From: Candidatus Woesearchaeota archaeon
GTDB taxonomy: Archaea; Nanobdellota; Nanobdellia; SCGC-AAA011-G17; UBA489
NCBI GenBank assembly: GCA_964374125.1
Contig: CAYJXL010000002.1
Span: 1-43,899 of the forward strand
Length of the DNA stretch: 43,899 nucleotides
Reading direction: 5' to 3'
Every line of letters starts with the position of its first letter. The stretch's first letter is position 1. The notes beneath the pieces were generated by a model. It was not told where the DNA came from, did no database searches, and saw nothing but the letters and a program-made list of their open reading frames with translations. Below are positions 41,040 to 43,899 of this stretch, piece after piece. The translations under genes were made by a program, and so were the position numbers.

Positions 41040-42257
41040 ATGTCAATACTCCTCGCGATCTTCGTCTGCGTAGCGCTCGCATATTTTCTTGGTGAAATAG
41101 CAAAACTGGTTAAGCTCCCTCGCGTCATCGGCCAGCTCATCGCAGGCGTAATCCTCGGGATACCTGTAATAAGAAACACGATTTTTGACGCAGCTGCATT
41201 GGACGCCCTTGGCTCGTTGGCAAACATAGGATTCATACTCTTGCTTTTCTTTACAGGGCTTGAGATAAATCTCTTCAGGTTCAAGAGCAACCTAGAACGC
41301 GGATGTATCATCTCCATCTTCCGTATCGCCGTGCCGTTGATCTTGGGATTCGTGGTCAGCAAAATGTTCGGTCTCGGTAACCTACAATCGCTGATTATCG
41401 GCATCACGCTCTCCGTCGGCGCTGTTGCAGTCTCCGTTGACGTGCTTGAAGAGTTAAATATTCTAAAAACAGCATTTGCTTCGAAGATGATGAGCGCTGG
41501 TGCCGTCCATGACGTCATCGAGCTCCTTATTATCGCAATCGTTCTCGCAATCGCTAAAATATCAGCCTTGAAGTATGGATTGTATAGTCTCCTCTTCGAA
41601 GTTGCGTTATTTATCGCGCTCGTGATCATGCTCAAGTCGCTGATTATTCCCTTTATCTTAAGGTTTGTTGAAAAGGAAAAATCAGCAACCAGTTTATTTG
41701 CGGGTGCAGTAATCATCGCGTTGTTGATGGCGGCACTCTCTGAATTCCTTGGCCTTGGCTCGCTGATCGGCGCGTTAATCGCGGGAATGATCGTCAGAAA
41801 AACGTTATTGAGCGGTAAAGATCGAAGGCCGTGGGAGGAGCATGAAATAGCCAAGATGATTCACACCATTGCATTTGGCCTTTTCGCACCGCTGTTTTTC
41901 GTTTTCATTGGCTTAAGAACTGATTTTTATGGAAATTTCAACATGCTGTTCAGTGTGATTATAACAGGGTTGGCCTTAGTTGGCGCCGTCCTTGGAACAT
42001 GGGTTGGAAACATAACAGCCCCGCACAAGAGGGAAAACCTCGCAGCACGATACCGCGAAGGAAATCTTTTAGGCTGGGGTCTCGCAGTAAAGGGAGATAC
42101 AGACCTTATTATCGCAGCTATTGCATTACAACACAATCTGATCAGCGAAATGATATTCACCTCATTGGTGTTCATGGGCATTGTAACAACGATCATTGCA
42201 GTCATTATGTTTAGGATGAACATCAGGAGGGAGTGCAAATATTTCAAGATGTGCTAA
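41040..42257 (+). CDS. cation:proton antiporter (CPA2/Kef-NapA type)
   Basis: 'LGEIAKLVKLPRVIGQLIAGVILGP'-like N-terminus, 'LLFFTGLEI', and about 11-12 transmembrane segments. Confidence 0.8.
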   Translation: MSILLAIFVCVALAYFLGEIAKLVKLPRVIGQLIAGVILGIPVIRNTIFDAAALDALGSLANIGFILLLFFTGLEINLFRFKSNLERGCIISIFRIAVPLILGFVVSKMFGLGNLQSLIIGITLSVGAVAVSVDVLEELNILKTAFASKMMSAGAVHDVIELLIIAIVLAIAKISALKYGLYSLLFEVALFIALVIMLKSLIIPFILRFVEKEKSATSLFAGAVIIALLMAALSEFLGLGSLIGALIAGMIVRKTLLSGKDRRPWEEHEIAKMIHTIAFGLFAPLFFVFIGLRTDFYGNFNMLFSVIITGLALVGAVLGTWVGNITAPHKRENLAARYREGNLLGWGLAVKGDTDLIIAAIALQHNLISEMIFTSLVFMGIVTTIIAVIMFRMNIRRECKYFKMC

Positions 42258-42258
42258 G

Positions 42259-42900
42259 ATGTACAAGGAAAAAGCCCATAAAATACTAGCATTGCTAAAG
42301 AAAGAATATCCGCATGCAAAGTACTACCTGAACTTCTCAAGTCCACTCGAGCTATTGGTTGCTGCAATTCTCTCAGCGCAATGCAGGGATGAAGTTGTCA
42401 ACACCGCCACCCCCTCATTGTTCAAAAAATACAAAACAGCAGAAGAATACGCACATGCAGATTTGCAAGAATTAATCAAGGACATCAGCCGCATCACCTT
42501 CGCAGGCAACAAGGCAAAGTTCATCAAGAATGCCTGCAAGATTCTCGTTGAAAATCACAGCGGCAAGGTTCCAAAGACAATGGAAGAGCTAACGAAGTTG
42601 CCAGGCATCGGAAGAAAAACTGCAAACACGATATTGGTAAATGCATACGACATCGTGAATGGCATGAGTGTCGACACGCATTGTATTCGGTTGTCGCAAC
42701 GTCTTGGCTTCTCAAAAAATAAAGATCCAGACAAGATCGAAAAAGATCTCATGCAACTATTTGACAGAAGCGAATGGAAGAAGTTGCCCTATATGTTAAA
42801 AGCACACGGAAGAGCAATTTGCACCGCACCCGTCCCTCATTGTTCAAAATGTTTTCTCGACAAGCTATGCCCAAAGAACGGGGTAATCAAACGTTATTAA
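42259..42900 (+). CDS. nth: endonuclease III (HhH-GPD DNA glycosylase/lyase)
   Basis: 'LPGIGRKTANTIL' is the HhH motif, 'VDTHCIRLSQRLG' is present, and the [4Fe-4S] motif is 'CTAPVPHCSKCFLDKLC'. Confidence 0.9.
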   Translation: MYKEKAHKILALLKKEYPHAKYYLNFSSPLELLVAAILSAQCRDEVVNTATPSLFKKYKTAEEYAHADLQELIKDISRITFAGNKAKFIKNACKILVENHSGKVPKTMEELTKLPGIGRKTANTILVNAYDIVNGMSVDTHCIRLSQRLGFSKNKDPDKIEKDLMQLFDRSEWKKLPYMLKAHGRAICTAPVPHCSKCFLDKLCPKNGVIKRY

Positions 42901-43712
42901 AACTCAAAGATACCGACAATTGGATAATGATCAGAGGCAATCTCGGTGTCATCGTTTTTAAGAACGTAAGCATCTTTAACTTTGATTGTGTCTGAAACAA
43001 AGAAATAATCGATACGCATTCCAACAACCTTCCTTCCATGCTTTGCTGATGTTGGAACAGTAGAGGCGCGCTTTGTCGAATCCTCAAACGCGTCACGCAA
43101 ATTATGTGTAAGTATCCATCGAATGAGGTTCCGTTGTAAAAGTTCTTGAATATGTTCCAGTGGTAGATCTTTATAGAATTGCCGAAGCTCTTGAACAAGC
43201 CGCTCATGTTCGTAAACGTCATCGGGGGAAAGCGCATTAAAATCACCAGTAAGTACATAATGACCAGTTCGATGAGTTCCGAGGAGTGGCCGTAACACAT
43301 CAACGTTAGCCAAATCACCGAGTGAAGCGCTGGGGTGCACGACGTCTATTCGAAGAAGACGATCATCCAAAGAAATGCTGGTGCTAACAGCAGATTTTGA
43401 TGGTAAAGAAACGACAGTAGCATCAAGCGGGTAACGAGAAAGCAAGGCATTGCCCCCAATATCTAGTTTCTTATTCCCAAAAAAAGGATAACCACCCCAT
43501 ATACCGTGCGTAAATCCAAAAAGTGACTGGTAATCCATAATGTTGCCCAGAGAGTTTTTGCCACCGTAACACGCTTCAACCAACGCAAGAACATTCGGTT
43601 TTTCATGATGAACGAGCCGCTGAGCGGCCTCTAACCGTTCACGTTGCAAAATGTGGTCTTTACTATGAAAACCACGCCAGATGTTGTATGTCATAATTTT
43701 TACCGTTGCCAT
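42897..43712 (-). CDS. endonuclease/exonuclease/phosphatase (EEP) family protein
   Basis: 'IMTYNIW', 'LALVEA', 'VLTGDFNA' and the C-terminal 'SDHYPIVG' are EEP motifs. Start set at Met9 (43712). Confidence 0.75.
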   Translation of the reverse strand: MATVKIMTYNIWRGFHSKDHILQRERLEAAQRLVHHEKPNVLALVEACYGGKNSLGNIMDYQSLFGFTHGIWGGYPFFGNKKLDIGGNALLSRYPLDATVVSLPSKSAVSTSISLDDRLLRIDVVHPSASLGDLANVDVLRPLLGTHRTGHYVLTGDFNALSPDDVYEHERLVQELRQFYKDLPLEHIQELLQRNLIRWILTHNLRDAFEDSTKRASTVPTSAKHGRKVVGMRIDYFFVSDTIKVKDAYVLKNDDTEIASDHYPIVGIFEF

Positions 43713-43752
43713 AAATGTAACATCAAATGATAACAAAGTTAAAATGCATTCC

Positions 43753-43806
43753 GTAGACTGAGGAAGTTAATGGGTGATAGCTTTTTATTCTTGCTCTTCA
43801 TGCTCT
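43753..43806. repeat. 54-bp sequence that is the inverted copy of window positions 1-54
   Basis: The reverse complement of 1-54 matches 43753-43806 at 51 of 54 positions by my alignment. The left copy runs off the window edge. Confidence 0.85.
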
Positions 43807-43899
43807 TGCTTGAAGGAGCATGATCGTCAAATGGGGGTTGCCCGGAGGTAACCCCCATGATATGCACCCGTTGCAAGGGAACACATATCACCTATAACA

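Noticed and set aside
41012-41854. A 280-aa minus-strand ORF opposite the CPA2 antiporter.
   Set aside because: The plus-strand product has clear antiporter motifs and transmembrane periodicity. The minus-strand translation is Ser/Ile/Asn-rich shadow sequence.
1-43806. The end-to-end inverted repeat as evidence of a circular replicon or of an MDA fold-back chimera.
   Set aside because: Circular contigs give direct terminal overlaps, not inverted ones. The right copy is 93 nt internal, and the copies differ at 3 of 54 positions, which a fold-back artefact would not produce. The observation is kept as a finding with its origin left open.
1-43899. CRISPR arrays, rRNA genes, additional tRNAs, inteins and selenocysteine signals.
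   Set aside because: A visual scan of both strands found no regularly spaced direct repeats and no rRNA-like conserved blocks. It also found no further cloverleaf-compatible T-arm/acceptor pairs and no large in-frame insertions in conserved genes. This was a by-eye scan, so a short or degenerate feature could have been missed.

Overview
Archaeal chromosomal segment. Evidence: eL18, archaeal RNA polymerase subunit D, PCNA, and TATA boxes about 25-30 nt upstream of most start codons, so transcripts look largely leaderless. G+C is roughly 45-50% by eye, and the source is probably an uncultivated small-genome lineage. Core genes: rpl18e-rpl13-(extra ORF)-rps9, rpoD, cysS, PCNA, endonuclease III, malic enzyme, aspartase/fumarase-family lyase, a P-type ATPase, a CPA2 antiporter and a GT-C glycosyltransferase. 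One minus-strand run of about 8.8 kb holds a bacterial-style SUF operon (regulator-sufC-sufB-sufD-sufS-sufU) followed by a B12-radical-SAM gene, sufT, an unknown ORF and a second NifS-type desulfurase. That run converges on a ubiquitin-like sulfur carrier / TtuA-Ncs6 thiolase / methyltransferase operon. A VKOR/Trx-like/CcdA disulfide module lies next to secreted proteins. The most unusual region is 5.5-12 kb, where the normally contiguous archaeal rpoD-rpl18e junction is split by accessory DNA. It contains VapBC and a tRNA-Leu(GAG) flanked by an orphan, promoter-bearing copy of its own 5' half (47 nt) and a copy of its 3' end (25 nt). These repeats bracket a decayed integrative element (integrase fragment plus a Kelch surface protein) and a bare HEPN-MNT toxin-antitoxin pair. 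A degenerate PHP-like protein and a small membrane protein follow. Other oddities: a LAGLIDADG-like/triple-HTH locus interrupted by an in-frame TGA and an A8 slippery tract; an AT-rich methyltransferase cassette flanked by inverted repeats; an IS remnant fused to a truncated membrane gene; and a 54-bp inverted repeat at the two window ends. I found no CRISPR array and no rRNA gene.
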